Source of the DNA: Bermanella sp. WJH001
GTDB lineage: Bacteria; Pseudomonadota; Gammaproteobacteria; Pseudomonadales; Oceanobacteraceae
DNA length: 32,000 bases
Assembly (NCBI RefSeq): GCF_030070105.2
Contig: NZ_CP194951.1
Span: 965,511-997,510, forward strand
Reading direction: 5' to 3'
Shown: one piece after another, positions 1 to 7,152 of the stretch
Numbering within the stretch: the stretch's first letter is position 1
Layout of the letters: every line of letters starts with the position of its first letter
Position numbers and translations under genes: made by a program
Notes under the pieces: model-generated
Told to the model about the DNA's origin: nothing
The model's input: the letters and a program-made list of their open reading frames with translations, nothing else
Databases searched by the model: none

Positions 1-176
1 GCTCAGGACAGGCTCAACCCGCGCTCAGGGTGATCGGGTTTCTTTGATTACTGAAGGCAAGACCTACGCAGTCGCCCCTATGTTTTTAGGTTGCGGGCGC
101 GAAGCGCAGTCAATCCTCCTGTCAGTTGTGGCAGTCTTCTTAGTTTGTAATGCGCACCCTTGCTAGCTACTAAGTT

Positions 177-268
177 TTCCGCAAGTGCGTTTCTAGTTCA
201 CTGTTAATTTTTGAAGCCTTTACAATCAGGATAATTAAAGCCAGCACGGTTCTTTTTCTCGGGGTTGC
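177..268 (+). repeat. Truncated copy (A0) of a ~230-nt dispersed structured repeat family
   Basis: Shares the CGCAAGTGCG core (180-189) and the AGCACGGTTCTTT...GGGGTTGC block (241-268) with copies A1-A4. It stops where copy A1 starts. Confidence 0.6.
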
Positions 269-277
269 TTTAATCGT

Positions 278-510
278 CTTACCCGCGAAGGCGGGTATCC
301 ATTTTCGCAAGTGCGTTTTATGAATGTTGCTGAGTATGTGAGTAGTTTCAAGATTTATCACCTTTGCTAGCACGGTTTTCTTTCTTGGGGTTGCACCCCA
401 ACCCCCGCTTCGCGCCTAACTATCCACCGCCAACTTCATATATTCTCGAAAGGCTTGGGTGATGCGGTGGATAAAGGGCGCAGGTTGGTATCGCTACAGG
501 TTTGACTTGC
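278..510 (+). repeat. Copy A1 of the ~230-nt structured repeat family
   Basis: Hairpin TACCCGC-GAAG-GCGGGTA (280-297), then TCCATTT and core CGCAAGTGCG (306-315). TTGCTAGCACGGTT block, then hairpin TTGGGGT-TGC-ACCCCAA (385-401). Long bipartite stem GCGCC-TAAC-TATCCACCGC (412-430) pairs with GCGGTGGATA-AAG-GGCGC (464-481). Near-identical to A3. Confidence 0.8.
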
Positions 511-549
511 TGTTGGTTTTGCCAAGGTTTTGCGTGTGGTTTAAATGTA

Positions 550-790
550 AGTGGCTGCAGCGTGTTCGCAAGTGCGTTTTATGGGTGTTGCTGAGTATTT
601 GAATAGCTTCAAGATTCAACGCTTTTGCTTGCACGGTTCTTTCTTTGGGGCTGCCTAAAAAGAAATTGCCCAACCCCCTCTTCGCTCATACTTCACACCG
701 CTCGGTCTCATATATTAATAAGACGCTTTGGTTGTAGTGGTGTTCAGAAATCGCATTGTGTTATCGATACATGTTTGGTTCTCGATAAAA
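550..790 (+). repeat. Copy A2 (diverged) of the structured repeat family
   Basis: Core CGCAAGTGCG at 567-576 and TTGCTTGCACGGTT block. The GGGG hairpin carries a loop insertion. Stem ACACCGCT (695-702) pairs with AGTGGTGT (736-743). The 3' tail CGCATTGTGTTATCGATAC is shared with A3 and A4. Confidence 0.75.
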
Positions 791-816
791 TTGATAGGGT
801 TTGTGCTTGTTATAAA

Positions 817-850
817 ATTGTAGAAGGCCGCACCTGCGGCCGAATTGTAG
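817..850. repeat. Miniature palindromic insertion flanked by a 7-bp direct duplication
   Basis: ATTGTAG-AA-GGCCGCA-CC-TGCGGCC-GA-ATTGTAG: a 7-bp-stem GC-rich hairpin bracketed by identical ATTGTAG heptamers (817-823 and 844-850). This looks like a target-site duplication. Confidence 0.5.
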
Positions 851-1161
851 TTACTACTGGGAATAATGTAGGAGGGTGTTTGCACGCGACAAGGGCTCAG
901 AGGCTAAACAACAAAAGTTTAAAATGATTTTGTCATACTCGACGTGAGGCACGAACAGATCGTGTATCCATAAAATCCCCTTAGTTTGTATGAATCAAAA
1001 TAGTGAATAAGAAATGACTTTATGAAAAAGAACCACGAAAATATTTAAAGCAAAGATAGGCTTGGTTGATCTAGTGGTATTTGCTTACCATGGGTGTTTA
1101 GATTAGTTTTATTGTTTACGGCTTGATTTCCGTAGGCTTTGCAAGAGTGTTGCTTATCTAG

Positions 1162-1400
1162 TCTTACCCGCGAAGGTGGGTATCCATTTCCGCAAGTGCG
1201 ATTTATGAATGTTGCTGAGTATTTGAATAGCTTTAAGATTCAACGCTTTTGCTAGCACGGTTTTCTTTCTTGGGGTTGCACCCCAACCCCCGCTTCGCGC
1301 CTAACTATCCACGGCAGGCATCTTATATATCTAATTAGGCTTTGGTTGTTGCCGCGGATAAATGGCGCATTGTGTTATCGTTTCGGGCTTGGTTTACTGT
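1162..1400 (+). repeat. Copy A3 of the structured repeat family
   Basis: Hairpin TACCCGC-GAAG-GTGGGTA (1165-1182), core CGCAAGTGCG (1191-1200), GGGGT/ACCCC hairpin. Stem GCGCC-TAAC-TATCCACGGCA (1297-1316) pairs with TGCCGCGGATA-AAT-GGCGC (1350-1368). Confidence 0.8.
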
Positions 1401-1467
1401 AGGTTCAAAATCGACTTTGTAATTCACTTATATTTATTGGTGCAATAGATGTAGGTTGTAGATAATG

Positions 1468-1504
1468 AGCTTTAGTACCTTGCAAGGTACTAAAGCTTGC
1501 AAGG
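1468..1504. promoter_or_regulatory. Perfect 30-bp palindrome plus an extra half-site; candidate operator or hairpin at the 5' end of the orphan gene
   Basis: AGCTTTAGTACCTTG|CAAGGTACTAAAGCT (1468-1497) is a perfect inverted repeat with no spacer. The self-complementary octamer CTTGCAAG occurs twice (1479-1486 and 1495-1502), 16 bp apart, just before the ATG at 1509. Confidence 0.55.
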
Positions 1505-1508
1505 TCTT

Positions 1509-2429
1509 ATGATTAAAATGTTAGAGGGCTCCATGAAAATCAATAGTGATCTGATGGTTGATATTAATGAAGAGCTTAGTAAAAGTAATATTGAGCATAG
1601 CTTTAGGCCTCTTCGGGCAATCGCATTAGCTTCAGATAAATTAGGAATTAGCATTTCTATTCCTTCAGCTGAGGCAGACTTTATATTCCGGTGGTATGAA
1701 TTTAATGGAAAACCAGGCAGCCAGTTACAAGGCCATTTTCACCAAGGCTTATATTACTTTGATTCTGAGTTTTGGTCTGTAAGCATTCCACTTATTTATG
1801 GGCAAATTGAAGTTAATTCATTGGAAGCTCTCCATAATATGCCCTCCAATACCAAGGCATCACTTACTAAAAACAATAAAACTCTATGGGATTACGTTAT
1901 CTATTGGGCAGATTGCATTGATTTTGGGTATGCCTATGATGACCTTCGTAAAAGTAAAGAATTTGATACGTTTGGGATTAACCTGTTAAACGCAGGTTAC
2001 GAAGAATTATCATCAGCAACATCCCTATTACTGGAATCTAGACCAAATAAACGAGCAATAATGAATTGTAGGATGGCCACGGAGATGCTGTTAAAGAGTT
2101 TTATTTGCTTAAAAGAAGGGCTGTCGGAGACGCAGGCGAAAAAATTAGGTCATGATCTATCAAAGCTGCTAGATAAATTTATTGATTGTTCCGGTTATGA
2201 TCATCTTAAAAAAATAAAGCCGCTCCTATCAGTGTTTCCTAGTATTCATGAGCGCTATAGCGAACAAACAGCTACACACGCAAAGATATTTGATGCATAT
2301 TGTTTTGCACAATCTATTGGTGCATTAATTGCGAGAGAGTTTACCGATAGAGATACTTTGTCCCAAATAATGCCCTCTAACAATCATATGCAGCCACCAT
2401 TATTATTGCGCCAGTTAACGCGGCGTTAG
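1509..2429 (+). CDS. Hypothetical protein (orphan, visibly AT-rich); the C-terminal helical part has a weak HEPN-like appearance
   Basis: Long uninterrupted ORF (track 1497-2429). ATG at 1509 is preferred because the TTG at 1497 lies inside the palindrome. I recognise no family. The segment RMATEMLLKSFICLKEGLSETQAKKLGHDLSKLL resembles HEPN helices, but the canonical R-x4-6-H motif is not evident. Confidence 0.55.
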   Translation: MIKMLEGSMKINSDLMVDINEELSKSNIEHSFRPLRAIALASDKLGISISIPSAEADFIFRWYEFNGKPGSQLQGHFHQGLYYFDSEFWSVSIPLIYGQIEVNSLEALHNMPSNTKASLTKNNKTLWDYVIYWADCIDFGYAYDDLRKSKEFDTFGINLLNAGYEELSSATSLLLESRPNKRAIMNCRMATEMLLKSFICLKEGLSETQAKKLGHDLSKLLDKFIDCSGYDHLKKIKPLLSVFPSIHERYSEQTATHAKIFDAYCFAQSIGALIAREFTDRDTLSQIMPSNNHMQPPLLLRQLTRR

Positions 2430-2435
2430 TTTCAC

Positions 2436-2724
2436 TCAATAAACCGCAAACCAAATCCGTATCGATAACAACATGCGATTTCAGAGCACCGCTACAACCA
2501 AAGTGTTTTGATATACCCATAAGAGACGAGCGGTGTGATGTATGAGCAAAGAGGGGGGTGGGGATACTTCCCCACAAGAAAAAACCGTGCTAGCAAAGTC
2601 TGCGAATCTTGCGACCATTTAAATAATTCAACATGTCTAAACAACGCACTTGCGTTAAAAAAAGTCTCAAAATTCAAACGAGAAATGGATTCCGGTTTGC
2701 TCGTTCCTCGCAACCGGAATGACG
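2436..2724 (-). repeat. Copy A4 (inverted orientation, diverged) of the structured repeat family
   Basis: The reverse complement carries hairpin ATTCCGGTT-N14-AACCGGAAT (2689-2720) followed by CCATTTC. Core CGCAAGTGCG is at 2645-2654 on the minus strand, with a TTGCTAGCACGGTT block. Hairpin GTGGGGA-N4-TCCCCAC (2558-2575). Stem CACCGCT/AGCGGTG, and tail CGCATGTTGTTATCGATAC matching A2. Confidence 0.75.
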
Positions 2725-2777
2725 GCATAATTGACATGTTTAAATTGTTGACAGTAATACTTAAGCCCCTGCATCCT

Positions 2778-2864
2778 GTCTAACGTCTAACGTCTAACGT
2801 CTAACGTCTAACGTCTAACGTCTAACGTCTAACGTCTAACGTCTAACGTCTAACGTCTAACGTC
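2778..2864. repeat. Heptanucleotide microsatellite (GTCTAAC) x ~12.4
   Basis: Perfect tandem reiteration of GTCTAAC from 2778 to 2864 with no interruptions. It runs directly into the stop codon of the minus-strand maf/yceF gene (stop at 2863-2865). Confidence 0.97.
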
Positions 2865-3441
2865 AAATCACATTCACCCCAAATTCATCCAACATTTTAA
2901 TAAGCTGAATCAACGGCAAACCAATTAAGGTATTCGGATCATTACCTTCTAAACGCTCAAACAAACTAATGCCTAAACCTTCCGATTTAAAGCTACCTGC
3001 GCAGTTATACGGCTCTTCTTTTTTAAGGTAGTTCTCAATTTCGCTATCCGTTAGTTGGCGGAAGTAAACGTAGAAGGGTTCAACAGTTTCTTGGTATTGA
3101 TTGGTGCCGGCATTAAACACACATAGGCTGGTATAAAATGTGACGGTGCGACCGCTGGCATTTCTTAATTGCGCAAATGCGTTTTCAAAGTCACCGGGTT
3201 TGCCAATGATTTGCCCGTCGAGCGTGGCGCATTGGTCGGATGCAATGATAATGGATTGCGGGTGACGTTCAGCAATGGCTTGTGCCTTGGCTTTGGCTAG
3301 GCGTGCCACCATGTCTTTAGGGTGTTCACCCTTTAGTGGGGTTTCGTCGATATCTGGGCTGTCGCAGTCAAAGCTTAAATCGAGCTTTTCTAACAGGGCT
3401 TTACGGTAAGGTGAGCTTGAACCTAAAACTAAACGGGCCAT
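2863..3441 (-). CDS. yceF: Maf-like nucleoside triphosphate pyrophosphatase, YceF subfamily
   Basis: LVLGSSSPYRKALLEKL...DETP, IIASDQ...LDGQIIGKP and CAGSFKSEGLGISLFERLEGNDPNTLIGLPL are collinear with E. coli YceF as I remember it. Confidence 0.92.
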   Translation of the reverse strand: MARLVLGSSSPYRKALLEKLDLSFDCDSPDIDETPLKGEHPKDMVARLAKAKAQAIAERHPQSIIIASDQCATLDGQIIGKPGDFENAFAQLRNASGRTVTFYTSLCVFNAGTNQYQETVEPFYVYFRQLTDSEIENYLKKEEPYNCAGSFKSEGLGISLFERLEGNDPNTLIGLPLIQLIKMLDEFGVNVI

Positions 3442-3490
3442 ATTTATCTGCCAAATTACAAAATTTGGCTAAGTGTACGGGATTTTGGGC

Positions 3491-3516
3491 AAAAAAAAAC
3501 AGGCCGTAAGGCCTGT
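3491..3516 (-). terminator. Rho-independent terminator of sodB
   Basis: On the minus strand: ACAGGCC-TTAC-GGCCTGT followed by a T9 run (A-run 3491-3499 on the plus strand), 25 nt after the sodB stop. Confidence 0.85.
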
Positions 3517-3540
3517 TCTTATTTTAGACTGGGGTCTAAA

Positions 3541-4125
3541 TTACTTAGCGAAGTTTTCGTTCGCGAAGTCCCAGTTTACTAGCGCCCAGAAACCTTTTAG
3601 GTAATCAGGACGTACGTTGCGGTAATCAATGTAGTAAGCGTGTTCCCATAGATCAACTGTGATCAAAGGTGTTACGCCATCTTCAGTGATTGGAGTCGCT
3701 GCGTTAGAAGTGTTAACGATGGCTAAAGAGCCGTCAGCGTTTTTCACTAACCAAGTCCAGCTAGAACCGAAGTTGTTCACTGCTGAATCGTTGAATTTAG
3801 CTTGGAATTCTTCGAAAGAACCAAAAGCAGCATTGATTGCATCAGCAACTGCGCCAGTAGGAGCACCGCCGCCGTTAGGGCTTAGGCTGTTCCAGTAAAA
3901 AGTGTGGTTCCAGATTTGAGCAGCGTTGTTGAAAATACCACCAGAAGAGGTTTTAACGATTTCTTCTAGAGACTTGCTCGCAAGCTCAGTACCTTCTACT
4001 AGGCCGTTAAGCTTAGTTACGTAGGTGTTGTGGTGTTTGCCGTGGTGAAAATCAAGGGTCTCAGCGGAGATATGTGGCTCTAAAGCATCTTTTGCATAAG
4101 GTAGTGCTGGTAGTTCGAATGCCAT
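3541..4125 (-). CDS. sodB: Iron superoxide dismutase
   Basis: [41 protein letters not shown] and [18 protein letters not shown] are hallmark Fe/Mn-SOD motifs. Size is 194 aa. Confidence 0.96.
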   Translation of the reverse strand: MAFELPALPYAKDALEPHISAETLDFHHGKHHNTYVTKLNGLVEGTELASKSLEEIVKTSSGGIFNNAAQIWNHTFYWNSLSPNGGGAPTGAVADAINAAFGSFEEFQAKFNDSAVNNFGSSWTWLVKNADGSLAIVNTSNAATPITEDGVTPLITVDLWEHAYYIDYRNVRPDYLKGFWALVNWDFANENFAK

Positions 4126-4360
4126 GTTGGGCTCCCGTTATTTTTGGTGTGGACTCTCATCATCAATACTTATGAGGTGTACATCATAAGTACCTAAAAA
4201 TAGGTGGATGAATAATAGCACTAGAATCCATGGCTTTCTATTGATCACCGGCACAAATGAATTGTTCTGTGTGAACAATTTAACCAAAACACAGACACTG
4301 ACTTGCCAAAAATCCACTAACTGCCACAATAGCGAAAACTCAAGATAATCGTAAACCCCT

Positions 4361-5113
4361 ATGAATAAAGATAAAGAGCCAGAACAGTTAGCGTCTATTG
4401 CACTTAGCCGAGAGGAAATTGCCAGTCGTCAGCGCACTGCGGGTAAACTGAAACCACCCTCATCAAATACTACATCTACAAATGCGCCAAAGGTTTTGTG
4501 GGCATTAGTGGTTTTTGCCCTTGTTTTTTGTGTGGCTTTATTGGTGGAGCTTTATAGCGTTAAGCAGCAATCAGAGTTGCAATTGCAGGCGTTAACTATT
4601 TTACAAGAGAAGTTAACATCAACAGATGAACAAGCGAATTTATCGGTTGATGCGGTGAAAATTTTATTGCGTGAGCAAGACCATGAAATTAGAAAATTAT
4701 GGGATCTGGCTAATAAGCGAAATAAGGTTGATATCAGCAAAAATGCGGACCGATTAAACGATCAAAGTAAGTTGTTAACCAAGCACGCTGGCAAAATTGA
4801 TTTGTTGAATAAAGAGTTAGATAAAACTGAAAAACTGTTGTGTAGTGTCAGTACATCAAACAAACAAACTCAAGACAGTGTGAAAACCATAAAAAGTGAA
4901 TTAGAGCAGTCAAAAACCAATGTGTTACTGCTTGAGACCAAATTGGATTCAGGTTTGTCAGGTTTACCAAAAAATGTGGGTAAAACCCTAGAAGATCACG
5001 ACAAAGGCATTAAAGCTATGGATGCTACGCGCTTGCAATTAATGCGCAGGATTCAAGCACTTGAAAAAGAAATCAAAGCACTTAAGGCGCCAGCCCCCGC
5101 AGCACAACCTTAA
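4361..5113 (+). CDS. Hypothetical bitopic membrane protein with a long coiled-coil ectodomain
   Basis: Single hydrophobic helix VLWALVVFALVFCVALLVELY, then heptad-like K/E/L/Q-rich sequence. A strong terminator follows. Confidence 0.7.
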   Translation: MNKDKEPEQLASIALSREEIASRQRTAGKLKPPSSNTTSTNAPKVLWALVVFALVFCVALLVELYSVKQQSELQLQALTILQEKLTSTDEQANLSVDAVKILLREQDHEIRKLWDLANKRNKVDISKNADRLNDQSKLLTKHAGKIDLLNKELDKTEKLLCSVSTSNKQTQDSVKTIKSELEQSKTNVLLLETKLDSGLSGLPKNVGKTLEDHDKGIKAMDATRLQLMRRIQALEKEIKALKAPAPAAQP

Positions 5114-5128
5114 TGACGTGAATTCAAC

Positions 5129-5152
5129 AAAGCCCTTAATGGGCTTTTTTTT
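5129..5152 (+). terminator. Rho-independent terminator
   Basis: AAAGCCC-TTAAT-GGGCTTT followed by a T-run through 5152. Confidence 0.85.
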
Positions 5153-5162
5153 GGATGAAAAA

Positions 5163-6056
5163 ATGGATAGCAGATTCGAAACGCACCTTGCGCTGCCGTG
5201 TTTTAAACATTTTGATGAGTTTTCTGATGCGGTTTTATCACAAGATAAATCTCATAGCATGGATGTGGCGTTAAATATTGGACTGCGCTGTGTAAATTTA
5301 TCCCAAGGGTTTGCGGTGGCGTATCGTTGTGCGCTGCAAGCTTTAGTGCCGCAATTAAACCAAACACAATGGGCGGCCATGTGTGTGACAGAGCAGCAGG
5401 GAAATCATCCGCGTCATATCCAAACTCAACTTTATTCAGATGGCACGGTGAGCGGTGAAAAGAGCTTTGTGTCAATGGCTGGTTTAGCACAACAGTTACT
5501 TGTGATTGCGAAAGATACCGGCATTCAAACCCATGATGCTCGCCCGGTACTAAAAGCAGTATTGGTGGATACGAATCAAACCCAAGTAAAAATAGATAAA
5601 ATGCCCGCCATGAAAATGCTGGCCGATATTCCTCACGGTCGTTTGAGTCTAGAACATGCGAGCTGCGAAGTTTTAGAGGGCGATGGTTATGCGCAGTACA
5701 GCAAAGTATTTAGAGTGCTTGAGGATGCGCATATTTTAATGGCAGCCAGTGCCTTTATTTTGAATACGGCTTATAGGGCCGGGCAGGTGGATGTGGTTGC
5801 CAAAGCACTGTCAATTATTGGTCTATTAAAAGGCATGGATTTGAATGCAGGGCCTTGGGTGCATATACAATTAGCACAGGCATTTGAGCAGTTTTTAACG
5901 TTAAGTAATGTGTTTGAAGAGGGTTTATCTGTTTATGATGAAACGCTTGCGCAGGCTTGGCTGGCGGATAAAAAATTATTTGCCATTGCCTCTGGTGCGC
6001 GCCAAGCACGCACCGAAAAGGCCATGAGTTGGCTTAAAGCTAAGGGCGAGGAGTAG
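5163..6056 (+). CDS. Hypothetical protein, possibly with an acyl-CoA dehydrogenase-like fold
   Basis: Track ORF is 5061-6056. The start is moved to the ATG at 5163 because the upstream part overlaps the previous gene and its terminator. The segment VTEQQGNHPRHIQTQLYSDGTVSGEKSFVSMAGLAQQLLVIAK resembles the ACAD middle domain pattern (weak). Confidence 0.6.
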   Translation: MDSRFETHLALPCFKHFDEFSDAVLSQDKSHSMDVALNIGLRCVNLSQGFAVAYRCALQALVPQLNQTQWAAMCVTEQQGNHPRHIQTQLYSDGTVSGEKSFVSMAGLAQQLLVIAKDTGIQTHDARPVLKAVLVDTNQTQVKIDKMPAMKMLADIPHGRLSLEHASCEVLEGDGYAQYSKVFRVLEDAHILMAASAFILNTAYRAGQVDVVAKALSIIGLLKGMDLNAGPWVHIQLAQAFEQFLTLSNVFEEGLSVYDETLAQAWLADKKLFAIASGARQARTEKAMSWLKAKGEE

Positions 6057-6480
6057 AAACGAGCCCCCCTTGGTTTAGCACACCTGTGCTGTAGTGATTA
6101 CCATAACTGGATTCGTAATAGGTGTTCACTGGAATATTATTTTGTATCTGAATAGCAGGGGCACTGCCTTCTGTCGGAATACGTTTGCTATCTTTCAGTG
6201 ATAATAATTCTTCATCTGAGGTATCAGGTATTAATTCAGAGGTTTCACCTTCCATTTCTAAACGCGTGTCATCCAGTTCATTTAAATCTAAACGATTTAA
6301 ATCGATACTTTGTGCCGTTGTGCGTTTATATCGATAGGTGCTGCTGTAGTCATAATGATGGGGGCGTTCTTTTGCTTGGTTAACCGCATCGATTAAGTCA
6401 TCTGCATAATAGTTATCCATGGGTTCAACCCCAAAACTGTATGCGCTTGCGAATACTAAAATAAATAATAACTTCTTCAT
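6040..6480 (-). CDS. Secreted hypothetical protein, paralog 1 (C-terminus ...VSTPRP)
   Basis: Signal peptide MKKLLFILVFASAYSFG. Shares the YYxxDxxxAxxxAK, Y(S)xxYxYxRTTxxSxDL and terminal STPRP blocks with the adjacent ORF. Confidence 0.7.
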   Translation of the reverse strand: MKKLLFILVFASAYSFGVEPMDNYYADDLIDAVNQAKERPHHYDYSSTYRYKRTTAQSIDLNRLDLNELDDTRLEMEGETSELIPDTSDEELLSLKDSKRIPTEGSAPAIQIQNNIPVNTYYESSYGNHYSTGVLNQGGLVSTPRP

Positions 6481-6513
6481 AAATATCTATTCTTATTTTT
6501 TGCGACGGTAAGG

Positions 6514-7041
6514 CTAAGGCCTTGGGGTACTGGTGATCGTGCCACTGGTACTTAAGTTATTGGTGGTCACTGTATCACCACGAGGGAATTCATGGAATAT
6601 TTCCTGAATGAATCGTTCGTTATTGGGCGGTATAACAGGAGGGGCTTGCAGAGTAATCGCCGTTTCTTTGTTGGGGGTAGATTGCTCTAAATTCTTTTGC
6701 AGGGTTTGTGCTTGTTCTTCATCGGGTATGGTATCAGGGGTGCTCACCTTACCCGCGGCTGTAGGTTGAAGCGCGCCTTCTAAGCGTTCTTGTTCGAGTG
6801 CTTGAACGCCTAATTTAGGCAAATCAAATGATTTTGACGTAGTGCGGTTGTACCAGTAACGATTAGAGTAATTTACATTACGGTCGTTTTGTTTGGCTTC
6901 TAATATAGCAGCGTGAATATCATTACCGTAATAATCTTCACCCATGCGAATGTTATCTTCAGCGAGGGCAAAAGGCAGTAACAAGCATACGGGGAGTACT
7001 AACAGCAGAAACTTGCCACTTTTTATTAATATTCGTTCCAT
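6514..7041 (-). CDS. Secreted hypothetical protein, paralog 2 (C-terminus ...TSTPRP)
   Basis: Signal peptide ...LLVLPVCLLLPFALAED. Collinear with the 146-aa neighbour, including the identical C-terminal pentapeptide. Confidence 0.7.
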   Translation of the reverse strand: MERILIKSGKFLLLVLPVCLLLPFALAEDNIRMGEDYYGNDIHAAILEAKQNDRNVNYSNRYWYNRTTSKSFDLPKLGVQALEQERLEGALQPTAAGKVSTPDTIPDEEQAQTLQKNLEQSTPNKETAITLQAPPVIPPNNERFIQEIFHEFPRGDTVTTNNLSTSGTITSTPRP

Positions 7042-7152
7042 GATGTAAATTCCAGTCGCACTTATTTTGTTATTTTTTGTAATTATGTCATCATACCGGA
7101 ATATTTAAAGCGTGTTACCTCTTAACCGTTAAGAGGCGCATAGAGTCTAGAA

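Noticed and set aside
1509-2429. A firm HEPN ribonuclease/toxin call for the orphan protein.
   Set aside because: Only a helical GHDL-type segment is seen. The canonical R-x4-6-H motif is not evident (it reads K-K-L-G-H), and no cognate antitoxin/MNT gene is adjacent. It is kept only as a hypothesis in the findings.
139-2724. Chromosomal integron cassette array, with the A-repeats read as attC sites (A1 and A3 contain GCCTAAC, which fits the RYYYAAC R'' box, and have a long imperfect stem).
   Set aside because: No matching GTTRRRY R' box at the 3' ends (the sequences there are GTTGGTA or GTTATCG). The TAAC is unpaired in the stem rather than paired with GTTA. No intI gene is visible, one copy is inverted, and there is almost no coding sequence between copies.
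170-2783. Track ORFs 170-373(-), 625-927(+), 2377-2577(-), 2492-2737(-), 2535-2783(+) and 1798-1989(+) as genes.
   Set aside because: They lie inside the repeat copies or inside the larger ORF. The shared peptide FGCSG..KSH.VIDT in 625-927 and 2377-2577 is simply the repeat translated in its own orientation. There are no RBS or start contexts, and conservation is in hairpins rather than codons.
2778-2864. CRISPR array.
   Set aside because: The unit is only 7 nt with no spacers, so it is a simple microsatellite. The longer A-repeats are too long, too divergent and irregularly spaced to be CRISPR repeats, and no cas genes are present.
5061-5162. The 5' extension of the 5061-6056 ORF (MKKKSKHLRR...).
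   Set aside because: It overlaps the end of the upstream gene and runs straight through its rho-independent terminator (5129-5152). The ATG at 5163 is the sensible start.
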